Source: Meyerozyma guilliermondii (taxonomy: Eukaryota). From it: a DNA stretch of 64,000 nt. Positions 31,403 to 43,248 of this stretch are shown piece by piece (the stretch's first letter is position 1; every line of letters starts with the position of its first letter). The stretch spans positions 124,001 to 188,000 of the forward strand of contig CP128819.1 in assembly GCA_051546255.1 (NCBI GenBank), given 5' to 3'. Both the position numbers and the translations under genes were made by a program. The notes beneath the pieces were generated by a model. It saw only the letters and a program-made list of their open reading frames with translations, had not been told where the DNA came from and ran no database searches.

Positions 31403-32905
31403 ATGGAATCCGAGTTTTCGTATGCTCCCTCAGAGGAATTGAACACTCTGGGGCCAGATGGTAGGCACCGTTCAACTGGATCTCATAAATCGAATTCTTC
31501 AAAAGGCTCCAAAAGTTCGAAAAGTTCCAGAGCGTCCAAAAGTTCCAAAACTTCAAGGAAAGATCCATTTTCCGATTTCCACGCTCCACCCACCAAACAC
31601 TCCGCAAGAGACTCGTATATGTCTTCGCTTTCCGAGTACTCTGGTAGAGAAAAAGACGTCGCTGAGCCAGTGACGGTTACTCGAGTGGAGCGGGATCTGG
31701 GCGAAGTCAATAGGGTTGATTTGCAATCAGAATCTTCGATAAAGCTTGGAAAGCTCCCCACAGTCAAGGGCAGACCGGAGCAGAAACTGCCTGATATGAG
31801 CTACAATACCAATGTCGAAGCACCAGTACCTCCGCGCTCTTCGAGACGTCCCAAAAGTGGAATTTATACTGCACAAGATATCGATCTGCCCACTACGGAA
31901 AAAGGCCACAAACAGCAGCATTCGATGCTGCAATCTATCACTGAAGACCTTGAGAAACTTATGGCCAGCGCTGCTAGTGCTGGAGATTTGGAGCAGAAAT
32001 ATGAAGGTAGAGACGATTCCAGCTCCAAATATTCGCACTCGCGAAAGACGACCGATACTACCAGTCCTTTATTGGAGGCTGGTGATCGATTCTTGCCGCC
32101 CAGACCGTCACCTACGGACGTGGAGAGGGCACGGGTGGTCAGCCAGGAGATAAGACAGGGCATGGGAAAGGAATTTGGAGAAGAAATTCAAACTGAACGG
32201 TCTGAGCATCCTGAACAATCCCAGGTTAGTCCTGAACGATATGAATTCAATCCTGGACCTTCTGAGCATCCTGAGCATTCCGAGCAGTATCCTGAACAAT
32301 CTGGTCAATTCAGTCCTGAACAATCTAAGCAATTTAGACCAGAATCTGAGCACCTCGATTCTCAATCTGAACAGTATCCGGAGCAATCTTACCAATATCC
32401 GGAACAGTCTGAACAGCATGCGGAAAAATCCAAGAACTTCAGTCCTGAATCTGACCACAGTCCAACCAAGGAATGGAACTCTAGACACTCGGTTTCTACA
32501 GACCATTCGGTTCCATATCCTCCAGATGATAACGACTACTATGACATTGAGGAACCGGTGATAGTCAATCCGCCAGCCAGAGTCAAATCTGTCAAAGACA
32601 GTACCCACAACTTGAACAAAGGCAAGAAAAAGACAAAAAAGCGAGTCAAGTCGCATGCCTCCAAATCGCATCTCAAGCCATTCACCTACTCGACATTGAT
32701 AAGTTTACTAGAGAGTACCAATGGCACAGTAATAGGTGAAGAGTTTACCCAACTTAATCTTCCAATAAGACAGAAGCAATTGGTGGAGAAAATAGTGGAC
32801 TCGCTTTCAAGATTGACGCTGGATATGTTGGTGGATGAACAACGGTACGAGATAGGAATCCGGCGACTCGAGTCTGCGCTTCGGGTACTCGAGGGGTTTA
32901 TGTAG
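31403..32905 (+). CDS. NBA1: bud-neck/cytokinesis-remnant protein Nba1-like
   Basis: C-terminal GTVIGEEF...IVDSLSRLT(S)DMLVDEQRYEIGIRRLESALRVLEGF matches Nba1; PPRSSRRPKS motif; otherwise low complexity. Confidence 0.8.
   Translation: MESEFSYAPSEELNTLGPDGRHRSTGSHKSNSSKGSKSSKSSRASKSSKTSRKDPFSDFHAPPTKHSARDSYMSSLSEYSGREKDVAEPVTVTRVERDLGEVNRVDLQSESSIKLGKLPTVKGRPEQKLPDMSYNTNVEAPVPPRSSRRPKSGIYTAQDIDLPTTEKGHKQQHSMLQSITEDLEKLMASAASAGDLEQKYEGRDDSSSKYSHSRKTTDTTSPLLEAGDRFLPPRPSPTDVERARVVSQEIRQGMGKEFGEEIQTERSEHPEQSQVSPERYEFNPGPSEHPEHSEQYPEQSGQFSPEQSKQFRPESEHLDSQSEQYPEQSYQYPEQSEQHAEKSKNFSPESDHSPTKEWNSRHSVSTDHSVPYPPDDNDYYDIEEPVIVNPPARVKSVKDSTHNLNKGKKKTKKRVKSHASKSHLKPFTYSTLISLLESTNGTVIGEEFTQLNLPIRQKQLVEKIVDSLSRLTLDMLVDEQRYEIGIRRLESALRVLEGFM
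32201..32452 (+). repeat. degenerate coding tandem repeat (SEHPEQS / SEQYPEQS) within NBA1
   Basis: Recurrent tctgagca.../cctgaaca.../tatccgga... units. Confidence 0.75.
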
Positions 32906-33460
32906 GAGGACGGGAAGATGAAGGAAACAGGATGAATCAGATATGAAAGGAAGGATGAGTAATGTTCTAGCAATAAATGATAAGGACAATGATAATGGAT
33001 AGAGTGAGTGAAGAATAAATTTTCTTGAACCGAGTTTTCTATAGATTTTTGTTTCCCTTTATACTCTACTTGTTTTCAGTTCATTTCTCCTTTCTTCCAT
33101 CCCTTCTACTTTTCTTCTGCTTTACTTGCTTTACTTCTTCTTTCTGCTATCTTCCCTCTACTCTTCTTCCACCATTACCTTTTCAATTCCCCTCTAGAAT
33201 CATCTTATTATAAGCTTACCTTTCTTCTTTTTACTGGCTCTCATTCTTACTTTTTCATCTGTTTCCTCAACTACTGTCTCACCTTTCGACTCGCTTTCTA
33301 TTTTTAATTTGCACCCATTGCCAGCCGCACTAAAGCGCGGCTCCAAAGCGCGGCTACCAACGCGCCCGTGCCAGCCCGCGCTAGCCAGCCTCCTGCACCC
33401 ACCCACGTCAAAATACATCGCGCAACTCCTTTAACAATAGTGCAAAGGGCCCATGCCAAT

Positions 33461-35182
33461 ATGACCGGCCAAAGCCCAACTCCAGATGATGTCCAAGGAA
33501 TCTACAGGAAACCACCACCTCCTGCACGAAGGCTGTCACCTTTTGGACTTTCAGTGTTGATTTCGCTGCAACAACAAGCCCAAAACTCGTCACAAAATGA
33601 ACAACTAAATGAAGGCCTAGATGACCCAATTGACTTCCTGGGCCCTGGTTCCGGCCTGGGTCCCGATACTCCCACCGCAGCCACGTTTGATCGAATCACA
33701 AAACTTCCTACTCCTATCATAAAACAGGGTCTGTTTTCATCTACGTTTTCAGGCCATTCCAATATTTTATCGTCAAGTCCCGGGACTGTCACGTCAACCA
33801 GCCCATCCACGCTGTCGCCCGTGTACGAGGAGAGCAATATGAACCCATTGAGTCGAGAAACAAAGAACTTTAGAGCGATCTCGGAGTACAAACCAACGGG
33901 TTTGGTGCGTAAGAGCCTGCTCTTGGAAGGGTCTCTGGCAGCCCAGCCACTGGTATTCACTAATCAGCGTGTAGTTAGCACGCCCATGGCTTCCACAGGC
34001 ACAGAAGCCACGCCGCCTCCAAAAGATGGGACTGAAAACGACGATAAATCGTTGCAAAATCAACCACCCAAATCTCGCTCCGGCGATGTGTACGTGGCTC
34101 CTCATAACGGTGCCCGCTACATCTACCAGAAAGATATTGGCAGCGGCACTTTCAGTACTGTGGTGTTGGCTATCAATGCCGAAAATTCCCACGATTGTGC
34201 TGCCGTGAAAATCGTCCATGTACCTCTCACATCCGAAAGAGAAACCTTCAACTTTAAAGCGGTGATTCGCCGTGAACTCAACGCCTTAAACTCAATTCAT
34301 CATCCTTGCATAGTTGGTCTTTTAGATTACTCAGTGTCGGTTCCACTCCAACTGGGATCTGGCGACGACGGCGATCTGGACCCAGACCTCGATCTAGCCG
34401 GCGCTCCAATTTCCGCCTCGGCCATTACCCTGGTTTACAACGCAGTCCGCGAGAACAGCGAGCAGCTCTTGTTCCTCACATACAGCCGAGGAGGTAATTT
34501 GTACCAAATGCAGCACCAGCACCGGACATCGCAGGCTCGCAGCGTCGAATACTGGACGGTCATTCGCAGAATTGTCGCCGAATTAATATGCGCTGTGGCC
34601 CACCTTCACTCGCACGATATTGTCCACAGAGATATCAAGCTCGAAAACATATTGGTTAATTTTCCTTACCAAGAATTGATGTCTGAAACTTGTACCAACG
34701 ACAGCTTCACCAACTTGACTGATTTCGGACTTTCTCGTCGTTTGCGGTACTCCGGTGAATTCCTTACCACCCGGTGTGGCTCCCAGGACTACGTATCGCC
34801 GGAACTTCTTCTCGGAATCCCCTATGACGGAAAACTCACCGACTCATGGGCCGTCGGAGTGGTGATATATGCGCTCTTGGAAAACCGACTTCCGTTTGAT
34901 GTGCCGCCCAATATTGCTCCGCAAAACGGAATCTCGCCGCTGGTGTTGAAGCGGCGCCGAAACAAGAATACTGCAGCCCATCGAATCGCCATGCTTAGTT
35001 GGGACTGGTATACTGTGCTCGAAATGGTATCTGACGACCATATACCTGGTGCTGCAAAAAACATAATTGCCGAGCTCAGAGAGATTGTAGAGCAGCTCCT
35101 TGTCCGTAAGGACCGGCGTGTGGTTGTTTCCGATCTCCTTGGCTGCCCAATTATGGACTGTGTACCTCCAAGCTGGCGATAG
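33461..35182 (+). CDS. PRR1: Ser/Thr protein kinase Prr1
   Basis: IGSGTFSTV, HRDIKLENIL, DFGLS, TRCGSQDYVSPELL, AAHRIA; N-terminal NQRVVS; first in-frame ATG 33461. Confidence 0.85.
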   Translation: MTGQSPTPDDVQGIYRKPPPPARRLSPFGLSVLISLQQQAQNSSQNEQLNEGLDDPIDFLGPGSGLGPDTPTAATFDRITKLPTPIIKQGLFSSTFSGHSNILSSSPGTVTSTSPSTLSPVYEESNMNPLSRETKNFRAISEYKPTGLVRKSLLLEGSLAAQPLVFTNQRVVSTPMASTGTEATPPPKDGTENDDKSLQNQPPKSRSGDVYVAPHNGARYIYQKDIGSGTFSTVVLAINAENSHDCAAVKIVHVPLTSERETFNFKAVIRRELNALNSIHHPCIVGLLDYSVSVPLQLGSGDDGDLDPDLDLAGAPISASAITLVYNAVRENSEQLLFLTYSRGGNLYQMQHQHRTSQARSVEYWTVIRRIVAELICAVAHLHSHDIVHRDIKLENILVNFPYQELMSETCTNDSFTNLTDFGLSRRLRYSGEFLTTRCGSQDYVSPELLLGIPYDGKLTDSWAVGVVIYALLENRLPFDVPPNIAPQNGISPLVLKRRRNKNTAAHRIAMLSWDWYTVLEMVSDDHIPGAAKNIIAELREIVEQLLVRKDRRVVVSDLLGCPIMDCVPPSWR

Positions 35183-35406
35183 CCGCTGCAGGCGTCATTG
35201 TAAAATGAATTGTATTATACGTAAACTGAAAAGTAGATTAATCTCGAGTATCCGGATCAGTTGGTCTACTTCTTATCTGCCTTCTCATTTCTTCTCAACC
35301 TTTTCTTTTCATTCTGTCTACCTCTTCTTTTCTTCTCTGCCTTGTCTCTCTTGTTTCCTGCACATGCCCGCACTAACTCAACTCAACTCTCTTCTTCCAC
35401 CTCAGC

Positions 35407-38400
35407 ATGGAACTACAGCTGGGTCAAAACCCATCCGCTGGGCAAAATGGCAGCAAGCACAATGTTCCTGCCATCCCGCACATCACATCCAACATGATTC
35501 CCCTATCCAGGATTCTTTTTTTCTACGCTCAAAACGCATACCAACGATTAACAACCACCATCGAAAACTTGTCATCCACCGTAGACATTGAAACCGACCC
35601 CAATAGAAAGAGAGGCTTTCTCTCCACCATCATAGACCTTCGCCATGACTTCATCAAGCTCTATACGCTTGTCAAATGGGCAGCAAATGCCAAAGACGTG
35701 TCGAAGCTCATCGACCTTCTCAACTGGCTCCGTCAACAAGAGTACTTTTTTGACCAGTTGGGATTTGGACTTAACGAACTTAACCGGTACTCGGGCGCCA
35801 AGTTGCCCAACGCAGATATTCCCACGGCTTTGGAGGTTTTGCTCGAGGGCCGCCCACAATTACCGTCATATAACCTTCTCCACCGCGACCCGATTCTGCC
35901 TCAAAGAACCCTCCAAGTCATCCACGACCTCAATATCTGCCTCACGGCCCGTATGGTGTTTGAAGACACATTACCGGCTCGTTTTGGTGACTATTTAGTG
36001 AAAGACGGACGAATTTACTTCACGGTGCCGCGAGAATTCGAGGTTTCTGTGACGGTGGGAAACGATACCATTGTCGAGTCGGCGGAAGATTACTACAAAT
36101 CGCCATACTATTTCATTGATTTCAAGTTTTTGTTTGGCGTAAGCTCAGATGGTGACACTTTAATTGAAGACGACTCGTCCGGACCGTCGCGAATGTCTGA
36201 CTCGATTGCCCATACCCTGCTCCCTCCCCCGGCACTAAGAAAACTCGAGCACGCTGCCAACGCTTCCTTACTTGCCCACGGCCTCGAGGGACTTTACAAC
36301 CTTCTTCACCGCTACTCCGTTGCATTCAAACTATACCTTTTATCCCGCCAACTCGCCCACTTGTGCACCATCAGTAAATGGAAGGGTTCTGTCCAGTACA
36401 AATACTTTGATGATCGTCTGATGCTCGTGATCAACTACTGGTCTCAGCAGTACCTCTCCCGAAACTGGAGGTCTTTTATCGAGTTGGGAGTTACTCGTTC
36501 TAACAGCTTGGGCCTTCGATGGTTCCGCAACGGCCACTACCAAAACCACGATATCGAAGTTGCCGATCGAGCAGGACCTTCTGGAGGGTCTGTGCTTAGC
36601 TTGGACATGATACTTAACGTGGTAGCCAATCGCCATACCGAATCTCTCATTAAGCAGATATACGATCAACTCGTGGATGTGGTTGGCACCGAATCTTCTT
36701 CGGTAACTCTCTTTACTCCCCACCAACTTTTGCTTTCAGTTGCGCCAAAAACCCTGGCATTATTTGCACTCAATCCTTTGACGGGACTCTTCTACTTTTG
36801 CGAACCTTCTCCACTCTACAGCAAATGCGCCAACAGAGTCAATGCACCTCCACCTTCTGCAAAATCCAAGACTTTCGTATCAGAAACAGACACCATTTCG
36901 CATGTCGTTGCTAGCATATTTCAACTTCGTCTCGATACTTTCTCGCAACAAATCCATAACCGATTGGTTACCACAGAATGGATCCACAACACCATAATCA
37001 AGTTGAGTGAAGTTGAGATTGCGAAGTTGGGCCCAGGAATCATGAAACCATTTGGTGGTTCTTCTACTACTAAATCATCGCATTCCGCCTTGCAACGACT
37101 CCATTTTTACCGGTGTAAAAACTGGCCATCTTCGTGGTTTCTCATCATTTTGTGCAGCGGTACCTCGTTCAACACCTCGTGGTGGGTTACTCGTATAAAG
37201 TCGGTGAGAGGAGACTGGCGGATCCAATGGCTGCGCAGCCTTGCCAGCAATGCTTCGTCACAAAAACTAGACTACAACTTCTTCAGCAGCCTTTCTACTC
37301 GCTGTTCCAATTTGATTATTGACCATATTGTCCACGAGGAATTGGAGCAAAGAAAAGTTCGCTTTGTCAACGATGTGGACGAGAGTATTGGTGGACTCTC
37401 CAGTGACAATGTCAAAACTGAACCTGGTATCAAGCAAGAAACAGTCAATCGTGGTACATCTTCCTCCGAATTGTACTCGCTGACTATAGCGCTTTACAAC
37501 GACGGAACTCTCTTGCCAATTGCCAGTTCTTCCACCACCATATTTCTCAAAATCACCTTAATGCATCACCACAATTCCACCCACATGAAGCTTCTTTTAA
37601 TGGGCGAACTCCGAGGAATTGAGCTCTCAACCACCGGCGAACAAGGATTGTCGATTTTCCACAAAAATGGCAAAAGGCAGTTTACGCTTACAGACTCTGT
37701 TGACCTCTCTGGAACCATGAACAACAGTGCCACTTCGGCTGAAAGTAAGGTACTTTCCAACCTTTTCAACTCGCTCAACAAACTCAAACAATCCATCATT
37801 CTGGTGACGATTCTCAACGAATGGAACATTGAGATTGTCGACTATTCGGCCGACGGCATCTCTGTCCATATTGACGATATTTTCGGTGTGTTGAAAATCA
37901 AGCTCCCACAAAGCGATACCGGAGCTGCGGAAATGCAGAGGGTGCCCAGCTTCAAAACTGTTTCCAGTGGTATCGAGGCGGAAATCCAGCTTGTGCTCAC
38001 GTTTATCAATCAGTATCTTTCCCATCCAAAAGATAGTTGCATTGTTGGGCTTGTCCAGTATCTTCGTTGCATAGCGCCAGTATTCCGAGCAATTTCCACC
38101 GTCAAGAAATCCATGGTGGAATTGGATAAAGTTCCCGAGAGTAGGCTCGTGAATAATGTGCGTCGACTTGACTTTGATGTCAAATTCCGCGAGTTGAACT
38201 ATATTCAATTTGTGTTTTACATCAAGTATACTAGTGCCAATGCGCCCAAGCGAATCTTGAAGGACAAAATTGTCATTTGTCTTTGTTTCCGAGTCAACAA
38301 ATTTGCCAAGCGCCAGCTTTACTTGAAGATGTCCTTGAGGGACAATGCCAACCACAAGAATTTGAAACACAAAAAACTTTTTGAAATGATATTTCGAGCC

Positions 38401-38559
38401 ATCAACGACTTTGAGGTGTCGGAGAACTTGAAGCGGGCAGAATTGGTCAAGCTTAATTATGAATTTTTGGTGGACTACAAGTTGGCTGACAAGCTTCTCA
38501 CCGCAGTTCTGCAGTGTTTTCCACGCTACGTCAAGGATATGAGAGATATAGACCGATAG
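35407..38559 (+). CDS. RGR1: Mediator subunit Med14
   Basis: IPHITSNMIPLS, RHDFIKLYTLVKWA, GAKLPNADIPTALEVL, VKDGRIYFTVPREFEV. Confidence 0.92.
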   Translation: MELQLGQNPSAGQNGSKHNVPAIPHITSNMIPLSRILFFYAQNAYQRLTTTIENLSSTVDIETDPNRKRGFLSTIIDLRHDFIKLYTLVKWAANAKDVSKLIDLLNWLRQQEYFFDQLGFGLNELNRYSGAKLPNADIPTALEVLLEGRPQLPSYNLLHRDPILPQRTLQVIHDLNICLTARMVFEDTLPARFGDYLVKDGRIYFTVPREFEVSVTVGNDTIVESAEDYYKSPYYFIDFKFLFGVSSDGDTLIEDDSSGPSRMSDSIAHTLLPPPALRKLEHAANASLLAHGLEGLYNLLHRYSVAFKLYLLSRQLAHLCTISKWKGSVQYKYFDDRLMLVINYWSQQYLSRNWRSFIELGVTRSNSLGLRWFRNGHYQNHDIEVADRAGPSGGSVLSLDMILNVVANRHTESLIKQIYDQLVDVVGTESSSVTLFTPHQLLLSVAPKTLALFALNPLTGLFYFCEPSPLYSKCANRVNAPPPSAKSKTFVSETDTISHVVASIFQLRLDTFSQQIHNRLVTTEWIHNTIIKLSEVEIAKLGPGIMKPFGGSSTTKSSHSALQRLHFYRCKNWPSSWFLIILCSGTSFNTSWWVTRIKSVRGDWRIQWLRSLASNASSQKLDYNFFSSLSTRCSNLIIDHIVHEELEQRKVRFVNDVDESIGGLSSDNVKTEPGIKQETVNRGTSSSELYSLTIALYNDGTLLPIASSSTTIFLKITLMHHHNSTHMKLLLMGELRGIELSTTGEQGLSIFHKNGKRQFTLTDSVDLSGTMNNSATSAESKVLSNLFNSLNKLKQSIILVTILNEWNIEIVDYSADGISVHIDDIFGVLKIKLPQSDTGAAEMQRVPSFKTVSSGIEAEIQLVLTFINQYLSHPKDSCIVGLVQYLRCIAPVFRAISTVKKSMVELDKVPESRLVNNVRRLDFDVKFRELNYIQFVFYIKYTSANAPKRILKDKIVICLCFRVNKFAKRQLYLKMSLRDNANHKNLKHKKLFEMIFRAINDFEVSENLKRAELVKLNYEFLVDYKLADKLLTAVLQCFPRYVKDMRDIDR

Positions 38560-38590
38560 CCATAAGACCGATAAGCCAATATAGACCAAC

Positions 38591-38663
38591 ATAGTGTCAT
38601 TAAATACGAAGTCGATAGTGTCATTCTAATACTGAGTCGATAGTGCCATTCTATTAAATACTG
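38591..38663. repeat. about 25-bp direct repeat (ATAGTGYCATT core, x3) in the RGR1/SUT1 convergent terminator region
   Basis: AGTCGATAGTGTCATTCTA at 38610, AGTCGATAGTGCCATTCTA at 38635, partial copy at 38591. Confidence 0.7.
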
Positions 38664-38677
38664 GACCTGAACCGGTC

Positions 38678-39670
38678 TTATATGTCGTACGAGCAATTGG
38701 TGCTTTTTTTCAAGCAGCCATCGCATTTGTTGGCCGAGGCATTATACACACATTTCACCTTGCGGCGGCGGCACAAGCTGCACGACGATTTTCTCGAGCT
38801 GGTGCCTGCGGAAGCAAGGACGCCAGCGCCTCCTGCGACAGAAACTGCCAAATTTGCAGCCACGGGAGAGACCGCTTCTGGTATGCGCGGCTTGGTGACT
38901 TTGGATACCAGAGTTCTGCATTTGAGCGGGGTGGTTGACTCTGATTTTTTGGAGTTGAGAATGATGTCTTCCTTGGTGAAACCTTTGGAAAACGAGCAGG
39001 GGAGACCCTTGGCGCTGCATGATTTGCATGGGGTGAACTTGATGACCTTTTCGTTCGCGACAATGATGAACGAGTCGTCATCCAACTTGATGGGAGTATT
39101 ATTGTTGAAGAGGTTATTAATCTGGGTCGACGACACCTTCATGTGAGCAAAGTTCATTTCTTGCGGGGTTTTGGCGAGCACCAAGATATCGGCATCGCAC
39201 TTTACTTTTCGCAGCCGGCACGAGTCGCACGACGGACCGAGTCGCTGGCGGCGTTTGGTGTGTCCTGTAGAATCAATGATGGCCATTTTGGGCGATGAAG
39301 GTAATGCTGGTGATGTTGGAGCCGACGACGGTTCATTGGAGTATGGAGAAGATGCCGACGATGCAAAACTATCAGAACGACCAGAATTTGCAGAGCCTGT
39401 GAGTGCGGCGTTAGTTGCGCGCATTGGAGATGCTGTTGCATTTACGCTTGCAAAAGTGGCGGCCCGCGACAAGTTTAGCAAATTTTGTTGCAAATTTTGT
39501 TCTGTCAACTTGGAAGGCAGATCGAACACCGTCAAGTTACTGACAGGAGGAAGTACCACCGACGACATACGCGGTATTTTATCAACCATAGGAAGTGGCA
39601 TAGTAGCCACTTGAGCCAGGGGCCTGGTGGTTTGATTCATTATCGAATAACATAAAAGATCGTTTGACAT
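38678..39670 (-). CDS. SUT1: Sut1-family Zn2Cys6 transcription factor
   Basis: KRRQRLGPSCDSCR(S)RKVKC, then a 56-aa insertion before CKSC...C (Sut1 hallmark); second Zn cluster at the C-terminus. Confidence 0.82.
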   Translation of the reverse strand: MSNDLLCYSIMNQTTRPLAQVATMPLPMVDKIPRMSSVVLPPVSNLTVFDLPSKLTEQNLQQNLLNLSRAATFASVNATASPMRATNAALTGSANSGRSDSFASSASSPYSNEPSSAPTSPALPSSPKMAIIDSTGHTKRRQRLGPSCDSCRLRKVKCDADILVLAKTPQEMNFAHMKVSSTQINNLFNNNTPIKLDDDSFIIVANEKVIKFTPCKSCSAKGLPCSFSKGFTKEDIILNSKKSESTTPLKCRTLVSKVTKPRIPEAVSPVAANLAVSVAGGAGVLASAGTSSRKSSCSLCRRRKVKCVYNASANKCDGCLKKSTNCSYDI

Positions 39671-40766
39671 GGTCCAGCCGATGTAGATAATTAAAGTTGG
39701 CCGGGGAAACCCATTTATATATATTGATGTTCTCCGCGGGGTGCGAAAGTCCGCTGCGGAACCGAGCCGCAGCGAAGCCGCGAGTCCGAGGAGGGGAATC
39801 GGCTGAAGAAGAAAAAGAGGGAAACGGGTAAGAGGAAGGGTTAAGCTGAAGGGTTGTATCAGATGAAGAGAGTCACTATATTTACAAAATTTGTTTCGTT
39901 TCTTGTTTTTTCGCTCATCTCATGCAATTCAATACCCGAACACCTCGGCGACTCACAGTCATTTTGCCTCGGGTGCAACAGGAGGGGAACTGGTGTATGG
40001 GTGTGTCGGGTGGAATCGGACGAGAGTGCCGAGGACGAAAATGAAAAATGGGACCAACTGAATGTGATAGCCCGAAGATTTGTGAGCATAGCCGGAAGTC
40101 AACAGTTCTAGTCTCTTCAACTTTTTTCGTTGGCTTCAGTTTCGTCGCGTGAGTGCGGAGAATGTTTCATCCGAACGCCCGGCCAGCTAAATCCGGCGCG
40201 GCATGTGCACACTACTCTAAGGGCGCACATGCTGTGTCGGACTTCGGAGTAACAAATTACGGGCATGAGGAGTCAGTGCGGAGAATTTTAAATTGTCTTC
40301 TGATTAAATTGCCACAATGAACCGATTTCGTAGATCACTCGAGCTTGCCAATACAACCAAATAATCATCCGAGGACAAAATTTGTTGTGAGTTTGCATTC
40401 CGTTTTCGGCGATTAGCATCGCACGTCATGTTTGAGTCTGAGGCTCAACCGCCGTGCGCGGGTGTGTGGGTGCGACGATATCCGGGGTCGGAGGCGATGA
40501 GCCCCGGCAAAAACGGCCGCGAACTGTAAACTGCGAAACTGAGAAAGTGCGAAATCACTGTGAGTAACACCGGTGCACCCGTGCACCGCACCGTTCGCGG
40601 GCTGTTGACATGTTGCCTAATCGGTCGCATCGCACAATCCAATCAATCAATCAACCAATTAACCAAACCACCCAATTAACTAACCAATTACCCAGCCCCC
40701 TCCGACCGGTCACCACCGACTCACATTCACCTAATATACCCCTATCGCATTTTCCCTATTGATTTA

Positions 40767-41954
40767 ATGGAAGTTCCCGGCTCGTTTGATTCCTCTATGG
40801 AACTCAACACGCCCATCAAAAATCTCCGTCTTGGTTCGCCGTCAAGCTTATCGCCCATATACCCCAATCTCGATGATATATTGCCGTCCAGCTCCCCTCC
40901 ACTCAATTCTTACATGCAATCGTTAGGGTACCTGAGAAAACTAAGCAGTAATGTGTTGAAGGAACTCAACCAAAGAGCCTCACAAATTTCTGAAAAAATG
41001 AGGTCTCCACCTTCCTCCCACTCACAGACCACCCAAAGACGGCGGAATAAACTCGAGTCGATTTCGAGTCACTATTCGGTAAGAACAAAGAAAAAGTCTG
41101 CACCCAATTCCACTACAAACTCTTCAACCAATTCAACTTCAACAAACTCCACAGAATACAAAGAACACTCCAACAAACGTGAGTCGTTGGTAGGTTCAGC
41201 ACACTCCAAAAGAAGAAGAACTTCCAACCTCGCTGGCGAGCCTAATATGATCCACCTTCCTCGCCTGTCTCCACTTAAGCAGCTTTCGAGTCCACTCAAG
41301 CGAATTTCTCCTTCGAAAAAATATAATGATCTTCATAGCATTCTCACACTGGAGCCCGAAGAAAAAAGCTCACCGGTCAAATTTGCAGTGCCAAAACCAC
41401 GCACTCGAACCCTCACTACTCGGCCATCGGTGCTTCAATTGGCTGGTGTCAAACCTTTGCCAGCCTCCACTCTGAAACAAACCACTCTTTCAGGCTCTCC
41501 TTCATCAAAACTGCTCAACAATTCAGCAAAACTGCTTAGCAATCCAGGTACAAAACCTCAATTGCAAAAGGCTATTCCGGTTCTTCCAAAAACCCAGTCG
41601 CTCAAACCAAAATCATCGTCCAGCTCCCTAAACCAAAAAACTCACCCAATCCCAAATCTGGTGCACCCTATCCAGCCACATTCACATTCTCTGTCCCACT
41701 CAAGTTCGTCTCGCACAAATCTGTCTCACCCAATGTCGTCTCGTTCGGTTCCAAATTTGGCTGCAAATTCGCTGTCTCACTCGATACCCTCATTGAAACA
41801 CGCCCCAAAGGTCAAACTTACACGGTCACCAACCTCCAGATCGCTAAAAGCACCCACGGTGCCCCAGCCGTTTCTGTTGTATGACAAGCCTACGATTTCT
41901 TCATCGCAAAAATCATTGGATAGATTTCAAAAATTCAAGAGTAAATTTAAATAA
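40767..41954 (+). CDS. uncharacterised basic Ser/Pro-rich protein with multiple CDK consensus sites
   Basis: 395-aa ORF; TPIK, SPLK x2, SPSK, SPVK; C-terminal PTVPQPF(S)LYDKPTISSSQK. Confidence 0.75.
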   Translation: MEVPGSFDSSMELNTPIKNLRLGSPSSLSPIYPNLDDILPSSSPPLNSYMQSLGYLRKLSSNVLKELNQRASQISEKMRSPPSSHSQTTQRRRNKLESISSHYSVRTKKKSAPNSTTNSSTNSTSTNSTEYKEHSNKRESLVGSAHSKRRRTSNLAGEPNMIHLPRLSPLKQLSSPLKRISPSKKYNDLHSILTLEPEEKSSPVKFAVPKPRTRTLTTRPSVLQLAGVKPLPASTLKQTTLSGSPSSKLLNNSAKLLSNPGTKPQLQKAIPVLPKTQSLKPKSSSSSLNQKTHPIPNLVHPIQPHSHSLSHSSSSRTNLSHPMSSRSVPNLAANSLSHSIPSLKHAPKVKLTRSPTSRSLKAPTVPQPFLLYDKPTISSSQKSLDRFQKFKSKFK

Positions 41955-41958
41955 TCTC

Positions 41959-43023
<1,065 letters not shown>

Positions 43024-43248
43024 CTAGTGCCATCACTAATATCTTACCGGGTTTTGCTAGGTGGTTTTGTCTCATTTAAAGTTGGCTTTTTTTCATCTTT
43101 TGGACTCACAGCGTTACTGTGGTTGCCGTAGATAAGTCAAGACCGTTTCTTGGACGCTTTTTTGTGGTTTCATAATTGGGCAGATCACGCACTAAACCAT
43201 CTAAATTTGGTATTCAATTAATTTTGTTTTGAACATTTTTTTGGTGGA

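Noticed and set aside
37627..38592. 321-aa antisense ORF over RGR1
   Set aside because: Mirror frame of a conserved gene, non-ATG start, no motifs. The same applies to the many other antisense or nested ORFs in the track.
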